A program made the translations under genes and the position numbers. This document shows, piece after piece, positions 36,427 to 46,317 of a stretch of DNA of 64,000 nt. Numbering within the stretch: the first letter of the stretch is position 1; each line of letters begins with the position of its first letter. The stretch spans positions 256,468 to 320,467 of the forward strand of contig JAKQNR010000022.1 of the NCBI GenBank assembly GCA_029565685.1, read 5' to 3'. The stretch is from a bacterium. Lineage in GTDB: Bacteria; Zhuqueibacterota; Zhuqueibacteria; Residuimicrobiales; Residuimicrobiaceae. The notes under the pieces were generated by a model. That model saw only the letters and a list, made by a program, of their open reading frames with translations. It did not search any database and had not been told where the DNA came from.

Positions 36427-38004
36427 TCAGAAGCGGAGCCATTTCAAGTCGACCGTCGGTACCAACGCTTCGCCGGTAAAGTTTTTTCTTACAAACAACG
36501 ACGTCAAGTTCGAACGGACGCTGTCGGATAAATCTAATGTCCTTAACAAGGCTTCATCGATAAATACGGGGTATCGTTTCTCCAATTCCTGCAGCCGCTC
36601 CTTCAGCCGCTGGAGGTGCTTTTCGTGCATCAGAAGATTGTGCGCCTCATGCTCGTACTTGTAAAAGCGGGTGGTGTCCACATCGGCGATAGGGAGCTCC
36701 CGCCAGCGGTTGTGAAAAAAGTCCTGCATCTCCGCTTCCGAAACCGTCAGATCCCGGACCGATTGGGCGCGATAAACGTCATAGGTCCACTTACGCTCCC
36801 AGCGCTGCAGATCCTCGACGATGTGCGCGGAATCGGCATATCCTTCTTGCTCTGCAATATGCATGAATCGTTCATTTTTAAACATGGCGCCGATCTCGGT
36901 GATCAGCCTCTCTTTGAACTCTTCATACGAGCGGCTCTGTTTGAGCGGGCGGCGGTAATAATTCATGTAAGCCAGATAGTCCAGCACCGCTTTGGAACCG
37001 CCCCGATAGGTGAGCAGCGTTTGATCCTTCAAAGCCTGCAGCTGCTTGAGATAGCTCCTACTCGTATCCGCTGCGTTTTGCACCGCTTCCACCAAGGAGG
37101 TCTCCGGCAATCCCTTTTGGATCCAAGCATACAAAGCCGGCGCTAAAGCTTCGACCACGCCGCCTTTAACCCGAACATCGAGCGGCGTGATCAGGGAATC
37201 CATCAGGGCATGGACGATACGATCCGCTTCGATATCGTGAAGCCGGCCGGCCATTTGTTTTCTTTTCGCTCCGGCATGCAGCTCCTCTTCTTTAATCCCC
37301 TGGCGGTTGATGTCGGTTATCTGCACCAACGCGTACCCGCGGCCATAAGGGATGGGATCAGAGACCTTTCCTATCTCCAGGTCTTTGATCCGTTCGAACG
37401 CCTCCGGCTGCAGATCCAGATAGTCGATCCAATCTGTCTCATATTGCCGTTTTCCCTTTTGCGGTGTTTCCCTGTGGGCCTCTTGTTTGGAGATGAAATC
37501 CTTGAGGTCTGTTTTGCGCGCCTGGATCAACGCTTTCTGAGCGTCGTCGAACGAAGGCGTCGGCCATATGAGCATGCGCCACTTGACGGTTCCCTTTTGA
37601 ATCGCCTCTTGCAGTGCGTCTTCTGGGATTTTCACCCGGCCATGAACGTGTTTACGGTAAAAAGCCTCCAAAAGGTCATTGCGGCGGCGATTGGCGACGC
37701 GGGACGCGACGTACCGGCTTTTGTGCAGGCCCAGGCGATAGCCTTCGTTGGCCAGCAGCAGCTCTTTGACCATATAGTCCAGGTAGGTGCGTCGTGGATC
37801 GGCGCCCTGTCGCAACGGCGCAAAGCTGAACTCGTAGCTGTATTTGAATTCCTCCGCCGTTATGACCCGGTCTCCGACCTTGGCGAGAACCAGCTCACTC
37901 AGCGGTTTGGTTTTTTTCTCTCTGGCGCAGCTGAAAACCATGCAGCCGGCGAATACAAAGAGCAGCCACCTTGCGAAGGCGGCGCCTTCCAAAGGTTCCT
38001 TCAT
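36427..38004 (-). CDS. SurA/PrsA-like lipoprotein with degenerate parvulin domain
   Basis: Start moved to ATG 38004 (ATGA overlap); MVFSC lipobox; VLAKVGDRVITAEEF, LEIGKVSDPI...GYALVQI. Confidence 0.65.
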   Translation of the reverse strand: MKEPLEGAAFARWLLFVFAGCMVFSCAREKKTKPLSELVLAKVGDRVITAEEFKYSYEFSFAPLRQGADPRRTYLDYMVKELLLANEGYRLGLHKSRYVASRVANRRRNDLLEAFYRKHVHGRVKIPEDALQEAIQKGTVKWRMLIWPTPSFDDAQKALIQARKTDLKDFISKQEAHRETPQKGKRQYETDWIDYLDLQPEAFERIKDLEIGKVSDPIPYGRGYALVQITDINRQGIKEEELHAGAKRKQMAGRLHDIEADRIVHALMDSLITPLDVRVKGGVVEALAPALYAWIQKGLPETSLVEAVQNAADTSRSYLKQLQALKDQTLLTYRGGSKAVLDYLAYMNYYRRPLKQSRSYEEFKERLITEIGAMFKNERFMHIAEQEGYADSAHIVEDLQRWERKWTYDVYRAQSVRDLTVSEAEMQDFFHNRWRELPIADVDTTRFYKYEHEAHNLLMHEKHLQRLKERLQELEKRYPVFIDEALLRTLDLSDSVRSNLTSLFVRKNFTGEALVPTVDLKWLRF

Positions 38005-41000
38005 TTGATGATGGCGAATTTGCCCCGTGAGACGCCGAGGTCGTCCGCCTCTACGACAAAGAAATACATGCCAAAAGCGACTTCCGGCCCGTCTTCGGAG
38101 GTCAAGTCCCAGGACTCGCGGCCAAAGTCCATGGCCGAGTTGTGCTTCAGCTCCTTGATCAGTTTGCCGCTGACGGAAAAGATTTTGATCGTGCACACCG
38201 GCGGCAGGTTGACGAAATCCACCCGCCGCTGCTGATAGCCGGCCAATTCATAGATCGATTCGTAGCTGCTGGCCACCACATAGGGATCCGGAACCACATA
38301 GATGTCGTGCATGTCCCGCTTGGCCTGTTCCTTGATCCACTGGCCGCCGTCGACGGTGAAGCGGTATTTGTCGTGCCGCGTCGGGTTGCGCGTGGTTTTA
38401 AAACGATAGATGTCGCCCGCTTTTAAGGGAATGACGGGGTTCAGGGAATCAAACGGGTTTTTGATAAAGCGGACCTGCCAGGAGGCATGATACTGACCCT
38501 TTTGATGCTTGGGAAACATGATGGTGATGCGCGTGCTGTCCCAGATTTGTCCTTCCATTTCCTGCTTGAGCTCCGGATCGATGGTCCGTTTATCCTTATC
38601 GTAGACCACGGTCACCTTCATGCGATGGGGGTTGTTGGGATCGCTCACATTCCAGGTGGTGAAGTTCAGCGGATAGGCCGGGATCAACAGCGCCGAGGGG
38701 GTGTAGGAGGTATCCACGCCCTTGTGATCAGCGACGCGAAATTCGATGTCAAAGGGCGCTGCATAGGCGGCGCCGGTCAATTCGATGTTCTGAATGCGGA
38801 TGTTGGATTTGGTGTCGTTGGCCCATTTCTTCCATTCGTTGGTCTCACGGCCGTACTCGTTCAGCTTGAGGATTTCGATGCCCCGGTCCTGATCCGCTTC
38901 TGTACTTCCGGACGCGTAGGCGCTGTTCCAGGACAGGTCAAAGTGAATGCCTTGATAGATGTTCCTTTCCAGCTCTGGGAACACTTTTTGGGTGAACTCG
39001 TAGTTGCCGTTGTATTGGAAATTGAACAGGGTGTCGCCGGTGGTGAGATTCTTGCAGGTGATGCCGGTGGTGTTGCCCCATTGGTACGCCGGCGTCAGTT
39101 TGTCGAGATAGTGGTCGTCGTTGAACGTCAGTTCGTACTCGTGGCCGAGGTAGACATGGTTCTTGTTGAAAACGTCGATGTTCATCGTGCCGCCGCGGGC
39201 GATGCCGCTGATGTGCTTGATTTTAGTCGAATCGATGTAAGGGTTGGTAAAGCCGGCGGCGGGTTCACAGGGGATGCAGACCGCGGTGTTGCGGTCGCGG
39301 TAGACGACCTCGCCCAGCAGGTTTACGGTGATATTGAACGGTGATTCACTGGGCATGGCGTCGATGTCATAATCCTCGGAGATGAGGCCGCGTTCAAAAA
39401 AGTCCTCGCCGTTGCCCGCGTCGATGGCGGTCACCGCATAGTAATAGGTCCGGCCGTTGTCCACGGTGGTGTCGCGATACGAGTGCCGCAAGCCGCTGTC
39501 CTTACCCATGTCGTAATGCACGCCCAGATTGGGGAACGGGGTGGGGTGGATCCCTTTCAAGCCGTCCACTTTGTCGTAAATGGCCAACGGCTTGAACAGA
39601 AGCACATTGCCGAAGGCATCGGAGATGGTCTTGATGTCGAGGAATTTGGGGTCTGTGCTTTTATACACGCGATAGCCGTTGAAATCATAGCCGAAGAACG
39701 GATCTTTGGAATTTTCCGCATCTGTGTCCCAGTAAAGCTGCACCACTTTGTTGCCCACATCGGAGATCAAGGTGGGTTGGATCGGCGGGGTGAGGAACTG
39801 ATAGTTGTTGTCGTAGATGCTCTGCATGGTGGCTTTGTTGCGGATGGCGTCGTCCTGGTCCTCGCCCATGATCATGGCGATGGTGAACCGTTCCCACTTC
39901 ATCTTTTCCAATTTTACCGCACGGGCGCCGAAGGTGAAGACGATATCCTCGTCGGTCTCCTCGACTTCGAACCAGTCGTCTTTGATCATGTAGCGGTTCC
40001 AGAAGAACTTGTCGTCCTCCAGGTTGCGGTTTTTCTGGAATTCGTAGACATAGGCGATCTTTAGGCCCGCCTGATCGGCCTCGTCGATATCGGTCAGATC
40101 GAAATTCGGCTCCCCCAGATCCATGCGGCCGTTGCATTCGCTGCCGTCCGGATCCGGACCGAACCAGCCGTTCTCATCCGGGCCGATGCCGTCGGTGCCG
40201 CGGTCGTCGTTCACCGGTTCCATGTCCAGCTTGTCATTGCGGTTTTTATCTTCGCCGACATCCAGGGCGCCGTTCAGGTTCACGTCTTCTGTGTCCCATT
40301 TGCCGTTGCCCTGGGTGCCGTCTTCGTCCGGGCCCTTGTAGCCCGGATCGCCCGGCGCCAGTTTATCCAGACCGATATCACGAAATCCTCTCCAGTCGCC
40401 GTCGTTGTCGATGCCGTCTTCCATGGATTCGTCGATCATGAAATCCGCATCGTCGTCCTTGCCGTTATAGTTGATGCCCGGGCTTTCGAGAAAGGCGAAG
40501 GCAAAGGTGCCGATCTTTTTATAGGTGGAGAGCTGTTCGGGAAACTGATGCCATTGATAGAGGATATCGAAATCCAGCCGGCCGCCTGAACCCTCATAGT
40601 CATAGGTCGCCTTGATGTAATTGGCGGTGTTGTAGGTGCTCTGACCCACGTTGGCGTCGCACCACATGCCGGTGATGACTTGGTTGAGCACATAATCGCT
40701 GTAATTGCGCACGCGATAGACCGACACCAGAATGTCCTCGGCCAGAGGATGATACCAGGCATAGGTTCTGCCCTCGACCTCAATGCCGAGGCCGGCGATG
40801 CCCACATCGTCATGCCAATTGCGCGTATCCGGCGTGCCGTCTGGATTTTTCATCGGCCAATATTTACCGTCATAAAAGTCGTTCAGCCGATCGTTCTCAT
40901 GGTCGTCCATGCGGTACAAGGTCTCCTGATCCGCAATAGGTCCTGCCTTGTACTCGCCGTTCCACTTGCCCTGGCGCAGGCCGGGCTTGATGGTCCGCGG

Positions 41001-41702
41001 AGGGCGGCCGAAATAGGGGCGATCGTCGCCGATGTACGAGCCGCCGGGCCAGTACTCGGGCCAGGTCCGTTTGTCTGTGCTGATGGCCATACTCTTCAGG
41101 ATGCTTTCCGGTGGATCGAGGTTGTAGTCGAGCTGGCCGTTGAAATTGACGTCCTCGGCCGGGGATAACTCGCCGTCACCGTCTATGTCCTCATTGATGC
41201 CCCAGATAAAGCCATACTGCCCGTCGTTGTAAAAGCCCGGGACCGGCGCCCACACCTGCTGATGGCTGTTGTCCGAAGAGAGCTGCGGCGGCGTCCAGAC
41301 GCTCACATGATAAAAGTAGGAGTCAGTTACGATGGGAAGTTGCTTGCCGTCCCAGCGATCCGGAATGACCTTTCCTCTGTAGGCGGTCATGTCCGTCACC
41401 AAGCTGCCGATATAGAAATTCGCTTTGCCGACGTAGGTGTTGCCCTGACTTCCGGGCCAGCGCATCCCTTCGTTGGGTGAGAGCGCCGCATCGGTCATAT
41501 TGCCGACATTCCAAATAGGGCAGTAGAGCAGGTTGCGATCGAAAAGCCCGCGCGCCCAAAATCGCGCCCAATGCATGGGATGGGTGTCATACTGTACGCC
41601 GGAAAGCTGCTGCTGGGCGAAGAGGGTGCCGGTCGACAGTAGGAACAGCGTCGGGAATATGAGAACGAACCGGTTCATGCGTTTATTGGCTGACGATGCC
41701 AT
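38001..41702 (-). CDS. Large secreted TBDR/PorV partner with Asp/Gly-rich Ca-binding-like repeats, FN3 and variant CTD
   Basis: Signal peptide; DxDxDG repeats; VQLYWD..FNGYRVYKS..NGRTYYYAVTAID; CTD IYVVPDPY..FVNLPPVCTIKIFS..GMYFF..GKFAIIK. Start may be the second Met. Confidence 0.7.
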   Translation of the reverse strand: MASSANKRMNRFVLIFPTLFLLSTGTLFAQQQLSGVQYDTHPMHWARFWARGLFDRNLLYCPIWNVGNMTDAALSPNEGMRWPGSQGNTYVGKANFYIGSLVTDMTAYRGKVIPDRWDGKQLPIVTDSYFYHVSVWTPPQLSSDNSHQQVWAPVPGFYNDGQYGFIWGINEDIDGDGELSPAEDVNFNGQLDYNLDPPESILKSMAISTDKRTWPEYWPGGSYIGDDRPYFGRPPRTIKPGLRQGKWNGEYKAGPIADQETLYRMDDHENDRLNDFYDGKYWPMKNPDGTPDTRNWHDDVGIAGLGIEVEGRTYAWYHPLAEDILVSVYRVRNYSDYVLNQVITGMWCDANVGQSTYNTANYIKATYDYEGSGGRLDFDILYQWHQFPEQLSTYKKIGTFAFAFLESPGINYNGKDDDADFMIDESMEDGIDNDGDWRGFRDIGLDKLAPGDPGYKGPDEDGTQGNGKWDTEDVNLNGALDVGEDKNRNDKLDMEPVNDDRGTDGIGPDENGWFGPDPDGSECNGRMDLGEPNFDLTDIDEADQAGLKIAYVYEFQKNRNLEDDKFFWNRYMIKDDWFEVEETDEDIVFTFGARAVKLEKMKWERFTIAMIMGEDQDDAIRNKATMQSIYDNNYQFLTPPIQPTLISDVGNKVVQLYWDTDAENSKDPFFGYDFNGYRVYKSTDPKFLDIKTISDAFGNVLLFKPLAIYDKVDGLKGIHPTPFPNLGVHYDMGKDSGLRHSYRDTTVDNGRTYYYAVTAIDAGNGEDFFERGLISEDYDIDAMPSESPFNITVNLLGEVVYRDRNTAVCIPCEPAAGFTNPYIDSTKIKHISGIARGGTMNIDVFNKNHVYLGHEYELTFNDDHYLDKLTPAYQWGNTTGITCKNLTTGDTLFNFQYNGNYEFTQKVFPELERNIYQGIHFDLSWNSAYASGSTEADQDRGIEILKLNEYGRETNEWKKWANDTKSNIRIQNIELTGAAYAAPFDIEFRVADHKGVDTSYTPSALLIPAYPLNFTTWNVSDPNNPHRMKVTVVYDKDKRTIDPELKQEMEGQIWDSTRITIMFPKHQKGQYHASWQVRFIKNPFDSLNPVIPLKAGDIYRFKTTRNPTRHDKYRFTVDGGQWIKEQAKRDMHDIYVVPDPYVVASSYESIYELAGYQQRRVDFVNLPPVCTIKIFSVSGKLIKELKHNSAMDFGRESWDLTSEDGPEVAFGMYFFVVEADDLGVSRGKFAIIK

Positions 41703-41754
41703 GGAGGATCTCCAACTTTCTTTTATCGACGGTTACGAGGAAACCATGATATAA

Positions 41755-42855
41755 CTAGAATGCACTGATGCCAAGGGTAAATCGATTGACCGAAGCGAGC
41801 ACGGTCCAGTCGGACCAGGCGTAATCCAAGGTTAGAGTGGTGGAGTTGAAAAAGCGATACGACAGGCCGGCTCCCAAGGTCAATCCGTCGGCGCTATAGT
41901 CCGCGAAAAGAGAGTGATAACCGGCCCTGAGATAGAATAGGTTGAGCAGTTTGGCTTCCATCCCCACATCCATGGTCTCCACGTCATTGCTGGGATGATT
42001 GACGCTGGCGGCGAACAGCATGGCATTGCGCGGCCCGAGATCGAGGGTGTAGCCCAGGCCGAAGCGGAAGAGAAGGGGCAGCGGATACGTCTCGGTGGCC
42101 AGATGGATCGCTACGTTGTCGTTGTTATAGTATTCATTTTTCCGGCCATCGATGTCCGCCACACGCGTCAGATCCCTTCCGCTCAAGCCGAATTCAGGAC
42201 CCAGGTTGCTCACGGCTCCGCCCAACCGCAATCCCTTGAGCGGTGTGTCAAAAAGGATCGACAGATCGGCGGCAAAGGTGGATCCTTTCACATGCCAGAT
42301 GTTTTCCTGAAAGTATTTGGCGCCCAGACCGACAGAGACGCGGTCGGTGATGTTGAGCGCCCAGTACAGGCCGGCGACCAGGTCCGAGGCGGTGTAGGTC
42401 TCGCCGGTGCCCTCGGGACGAAAAACGGTGCGAACGGGATTGGAACCATAGTCCATCATCGCCAGATGAAATCCCAACGATGAGTTCATCATCTGCAGCG
42501 GCACTATCAGGTCCACGGTATGAAATTGGGTTTCGATCAGCCACTCTGTCTTGGAGACCTGCAGAGACAAGGATTGGATTCTCGAGATGCCGGCGGGATT
42601 CCAATAGAGCGCAGAGGGGTCGTTTGCCACGGCGACGAACGCGCCGCCCAAGGCTTCGGCGCGTGCGCCTACGCCGATCTCCAGCACGGCGCCGGCGGAG
42701 GTGCCGCGGCGGCTTACCTGGGTGTCATATTGCAGATCCGCCGGATTGACCTGGCTGTGGCCGCTCGTTGCAGCAAGAATCGTCATGGCCGCAGTCACGG
42801 CTAAAATCGAACGACGGGTTTTGCTCCTGGTGTCATTCAAGGTCGGGGTCCTCAT
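41755..42855 (-). CDS. PorV/PorQ family outer-membrane beta-barrel
   Basis: LEIGVGARAEALGGAFVA..DPSALYWNPAG; C-terminal NRFTLGISAF; TAATG overlap with TBDR2. Confidence 0.85.
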   Translation of the reverse strand: MRTPTLNDTRSKTRRSILAVTAAMTILAATSGHSQVNPADLQYDTQVSRRGTSAGAVLEIGVGARAEALGGAFVAVANDPSALYWNPAGISRIQSLSLQVSKTEWLIETQFHTVDLIVPLQMMNSSLGFHLAMMDYGSNPVRTVFRPEGTGETYTASDLVAGLYWALNITDRVSVGLGAKYFQENIWHVKGSTFAADLSILFDTPLKGLRLGGAVSNLGPEFGLSGRDLTRVADIDGRKNEYYNNDNVAIHLATETYPLPLLFRFGLGYTLDLGPRNAMLFAASVNHPSNDVETMDVGMEAKLLNLFYLRAGYHSLFADYSADGLTLGAGLSYRFFNSTTLTLDYAWSDWTVLASVNRFTLGISAF

Positions 42856-45758
42856 TAGAATTCGAAAGACAAGCCAAATTGAATTAGGCGCGGCCGGGAA
42901 TAATCGGTCGGATTGTAATCCGCTTCATTGCGGGTGAACTCGCCGACCTGCTCCAGGCGATAATATCTTTTTCTGGCGATCTCCGGCAGATAGGCATCCG
43001 GGCCCGCCCGGCCGGTGATGCTGCGAACTCCGTTCTCGTTCAAATGGTTCAACACATTGTAGACGTTGACAAAGCCGCCTAGGCTGTAGCCCAACACCTT
43101 GAAAGATTTGAACAGCTTCATATCGATGTTCCATTGCAAAGGCTTTCTGCCTGAATTGTCCCACCAACCGCCCGGAATCTCGATATTCGGGTCCAGCGTG
43201 GATGGAGTGTAGGGCAGTCCGGCGCCGATTTGTCCGATGAGGCTGACGTAGAGACTTTTCTGCGGCCGCAGGCTTATCGCTGCGTTCAAAGAGTGCGTTT
43301 GATCCCAGCCGAGAAAATCGATTCTTCGGGTGGCCAGCGTGTAGGCGCCGCGACCGGAACCGGAGAGGATAGCCACGTCGCGGACCGCTTCGGCGCTGGA
43401 AGCTGTGCCCTTGGCTACCATGTAGGTATAGTCGACGCTGGCGTTCAGTTTGCCCTGAAAACTGTTCTGGTTAAAGGCCACGGTCACGCCCATGGCATTG
43501 CCGTACTCTTTGTTGATGTAGCGATAAAATGTTGTGGCATTGCTCAAAGTCAGAATCTCCAGCCCCAACAGGTCGCGGATGTCCTTGTAAAAAACCGAGA
43601 GCTCCAGTCCTAACCCATCCGCGAGTTCCTGCTGCAGACCCACTTCATATTGCACTGTTTTTTCCGGTTTCAGATTCGGATTGCCGATGCTGGTGTTCAT
43701 GATGCTGAATTGGTTGTAATGGGGCAGAACCGGATTCTGATACATTTTTTCAAAGCTCGGCGCTTGAAAGAAATGTCCATAGGACAGCCGCATCGCACCT
43801 CTGTCCGAGATCGGGAAGGAGAGACCGAATCGCGGGCTGACTTGGTATTTCAGTTTGGCCCGTGTATAATACCAGTCGGCGCCGACGAATTCAGGGAATA
43901 CTTTGGAATAGTCCGGACAATAGCGGTCTTTGGGACGGAACATATCCAACCGCAGTCCGGCGTTGAGAATGATCTCGTTGAGGTTTAATTTGGTCTGAAC
44001 ATAACCGGACCCCTCTTCGGGATATCGGTTATAATCCACATAGAATAGATGATCGGTGATGCTGTCCGGACTGGTTTCGCGCAATTGAATGTGCCCGAAG
44101 GGGTAATTCCTGGTGGCCTTGAGGAAAATATCGTAGGGGATTTCCCAGCCGCGGATCTCGTTGCTGGTGTAAGGATATTGCACGATTTCATGGCCGGTCA
44201 CTTCCCGCAACGGCGCGTTTTTATAATGCAGATCGTACTTTTTGGCCTCGAAACCGGATTTGACCTCGATGACTTTGTTGATCTGCCAGGTGATGTCGCC
44301 GTTGATCAGGTGCATGGAGCGGTCCTGAAAACGCCGGTCCCAGCTGTAAATGCCGCCATAATCAAATCCGGTGATTTTGCCAGGATCCCAGGCATTCACC
44401 GCGGCAATCTGATAGCGGGGATCGTTGGCGTCTTCAAAGGTATAGCTTTTGCTGTGATTGGCCTGGTAAGAGTAGCGCAGATTGTAAAACAGATTGGGCC
44501 TGGGCGCATGGGTGAGAACCGCCATATGCGTGGTCGCATCGTCGAACCAATAGGGCAATCCATCCGGACAGAATCTCCAGCTGTGCGAGTAGGATTTGCC
44601 TTTTGACTTGCTGTAAAACAGATTGTAGGAGAGGGTGAGTCCGAAACCGGGTTGATACACCAGTTTGGTGTTGATGTTGTATTTTTTACCCCAATCGATC
44701 GGCACGATCGCTCCATCCCCGGTGTGCAAAGAATCCGGTAAAGGGATCACCAGTGGATCCGGAGGATCGTAGGCCGCTTCATACCATTCTCGAAACACCT
44801 CGATTTCCCAGCCGTCTTCAGGCATGTAGCGTCGCTGGCCGTTGAGATAACCATCGCTGTCGACCAGCCGACCGTTGACGAAAAATCCCAATTTGCCTAA
44901 AGATTTGGGGAACGGCAGAGGGCCGGAGATGGAGAATTTCAACTCCTGTTCGCTGATTGGATCATAGTTGTCCAGACCGATGTACATCGGCTCATTGGGC
45001 GCGTAATAGCCTCCGCTCAGCGCTTCGATGGAGCCTTGATATTTGTCCTCCGGAACCTTGGTGACCACATTGATCACACCGGACTGAGCCTGGCCATACT
45101 CGGCATTAAAGGTACCGGTGATGACCTGCAGCTCTTTGATGAAATTGTTTTCCACCGAAACGTTGGAGCCGCCGCCTTGGCTGAAGGTGTTGGTCACCGT
45201 GACGCCGTCGATCAGGTACGCCACTTCGCGGCTGCGGCCGCCGCGGAAGTGCAGGCCGCCGCCGGCATCCGTGACCACCCCCGCCTGCAGCTGAATGATC
45301 TCACTCAGAGATTGAACCGGCAACGCCTCGATCTCCTCTTGCCGAACATACGCCGCGCTGCTGGTGCGGTCAAATTCGATGGGTTCGCGGGTGGCGGTGA
45401 TCACCACCTCCTCACCCTGGATCACCGTACTCTTTAAACCGCAGTCCACTTTGGCGATGCGATCCGAGTACACGATGACGTTTGTCACCGTGGTGGGGGA
45501 GTAGCCCATCATGCGAAATTTAACCGAGTAGGTGCCGGGCATTACATTGGTGATGACATAGAGCCCGGAGACATCGGAGACCGCCCCCAGGCTCGTTCCC
45601 TCCAGCAGGATGTTCGCGCCCAACAGCGGCGCTCCGGTCTGATTGTCCGTCACCTTGCCGGTGATTTTTCCGGTGATGCCGGCCCAGGAGGCGTTGTTGA
45701 AAGCGAACCATAGGACCGCAGTCAAAAGAGCGCTGTACTTTTTGCTCATATCCCTCAC
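42855..45758 (-). CDS. TonB-dependent receptor 2
   Basis: GITGKITGKVTD..TGAPLLGANI, HFRGGR, TGTFNAEYGQAQSGVIN, SPRFG, GNPNLKPEKTVQYEVG, terminal FEF. Start is GTG 45758 or ATG 45749. Confidence 0.9.
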   Translation of the reverse strand: MRDMSKKYSALLTAVLWFAFNNASWAGITGKITGKVTDNQTGAPLLGANILLEGTSLGAVSDVSGLYVITNVMPGTYSVKFRMMGYSPTTVTNVIVYSDRIAKVDCGLKSTVIQGEEVVITATREPIEFDRTSSAAYVRQEEIEALPVQSLSEIIQLQAGVVTDAGGGLHFRGGRSREVAYLIDGVTVTNTFSQGGGSNVSVENNFIKELQVITGTFNAEYGQAQSGVINVVTKVPEDKYQGSIEALSGGYYAPNEPMYIGLDNYDPISEQELKFSISGPLPFPKSLGKLGFFVNGRLVDSDGYLNGQRRYMPEDGWEIEVFREWYEAAYDPPDPLVIPLPDSLHTGDGAIVPIDWGKKYNINTKLVYQPGFGLTLSYNLFYSKSKGKSYSHSWRFCPDGLPYWFDDATTHMAVLTHAPRPNLFYNLRYSYQANHSKSYTFEDANDPRYQIAAVNAWDPGKITGFDYGGIYSWDRRFQDRSMHLINGDITWQINKVIEVKSGFEAKKYDLHYKNAPLREVTGHEIVQYPYTSNEIRGWEIPYDIFLKATRNYPFGHIQLRETSPDSITDHLFYVDYNRYPEEGSGYVQTKLNLNEIILNAGLRLDMFRPKDRYCPDYSKVFPEFVGADWYYTRAKLKYQVSPRFGLSFPISDRGAMRLSYGHFFQAPSFEKMYQNPVLPHYNQFSIMNTSIGNPNLKPEKTVQYEVGLQQELADGLGLELSVFYKDIRDLLGLEILTLSNATTFYRYINKEYGNAMGVTVAFNQNSFQGKLNASVDYTYMVAKGTASSAEAVRDVAILSGSGRGAYTLATRRIDFLGWDQTHSLNAAISLRPQKSLYVSLIGQIGAGLPYTPSTLDPNIEIPGGWWDNSGRKPLQWNIDMKLFKSFKVLGYSLGGFVNVYNVLNHLNENGVRSITGRAGPDAYLPEIARKRYYRLEQVGEFTRNEADYNPTDYSRPRLIQFGLSFEF

Positions 45759-46028
45759 TCTCGATTGGGTGTGCTCATGGTTTACATCATGGGAAATGGA
45801 TCAGCTGAAATGCGACCGTGAAAGCATGGATGCGTTGATGCCTTTGATTGATAGAAACAGGGAGAACAGAGCCCTGTCCAGGCATTGAGGGCATAGGGTG
45901 GAACTCCACAAAGCTGCCTCCTGCATTGAGTTTCGCTTCGCATTCCTATCTGCTCACATAGGATCAGGCATACACGTGGAAATCGTCTGAGGCGTTAGAT
46001 CGTTTATAAAGCCGAATAAATTTGTCTG

Positions 46029-46105
46029 TTTATCGCAACTGAATGAGATTCGTTCGTCATTATACTAATTTTGTTAAAAGATGTCAAGGATTATTTATCG
46101 CAACT
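46029..46105. repeat. Exact 12-bp direct repeat TTTATCGCAACT bracketing the TBDR2 promoter (candidate operator)
   Basis: Copies at 46029-46040 and 46094-46105. Confidence 0.6.
46059..46087 (-). promoter_or_regulatory. Consensus sigma70 promoter for the TBDR2 operon
   Basis: TTGACA (46087-46082), 17 bp, TATAAT (46064-46059). Confidence 0.85.
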
Positions 46106-46114
46106 CGAACATAA

Positions 46115-46143
46115 TTGCATTAATACGCCGTTTTTTGTATATT
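46115..46143 (+). promoter_or_regulatory. Divergent sigma70-type promoter
   Basis: TTGCAT, 17 bp, TATATT. Confidence 0.55.
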
Positions 46144-46317
46144 AGGCCTGAGCGGGTTTTTCATGGTCTTGCATCCTGCCCCCGCTTTGTCCTGCTCACC
46201 CTTAGTTGAAAGGTCGAAGCTGAATTCCATTTTTCGCACGCTGACGCCTCCATGGATCCCAGGGAGGAGGCTTTCGTTGGGTGGTCGCCCACCCATTGAA
46301 TGATAAAAGGCGCCCCC

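Noticed and set aside
38005-38196. Extended start of the 589-aa ORF inside the partner gene
   Set aside because: ATG 38004 with ATGA coupling gives a lipoprotein signal.
46144-46317. Hairpins in this leader (e.g. TGGGTGG/CCACCCA, 46278-46295) as a riboswitch
   Set aside because: No aptamer consensus that I recognise; an Rfam scan would be needed.
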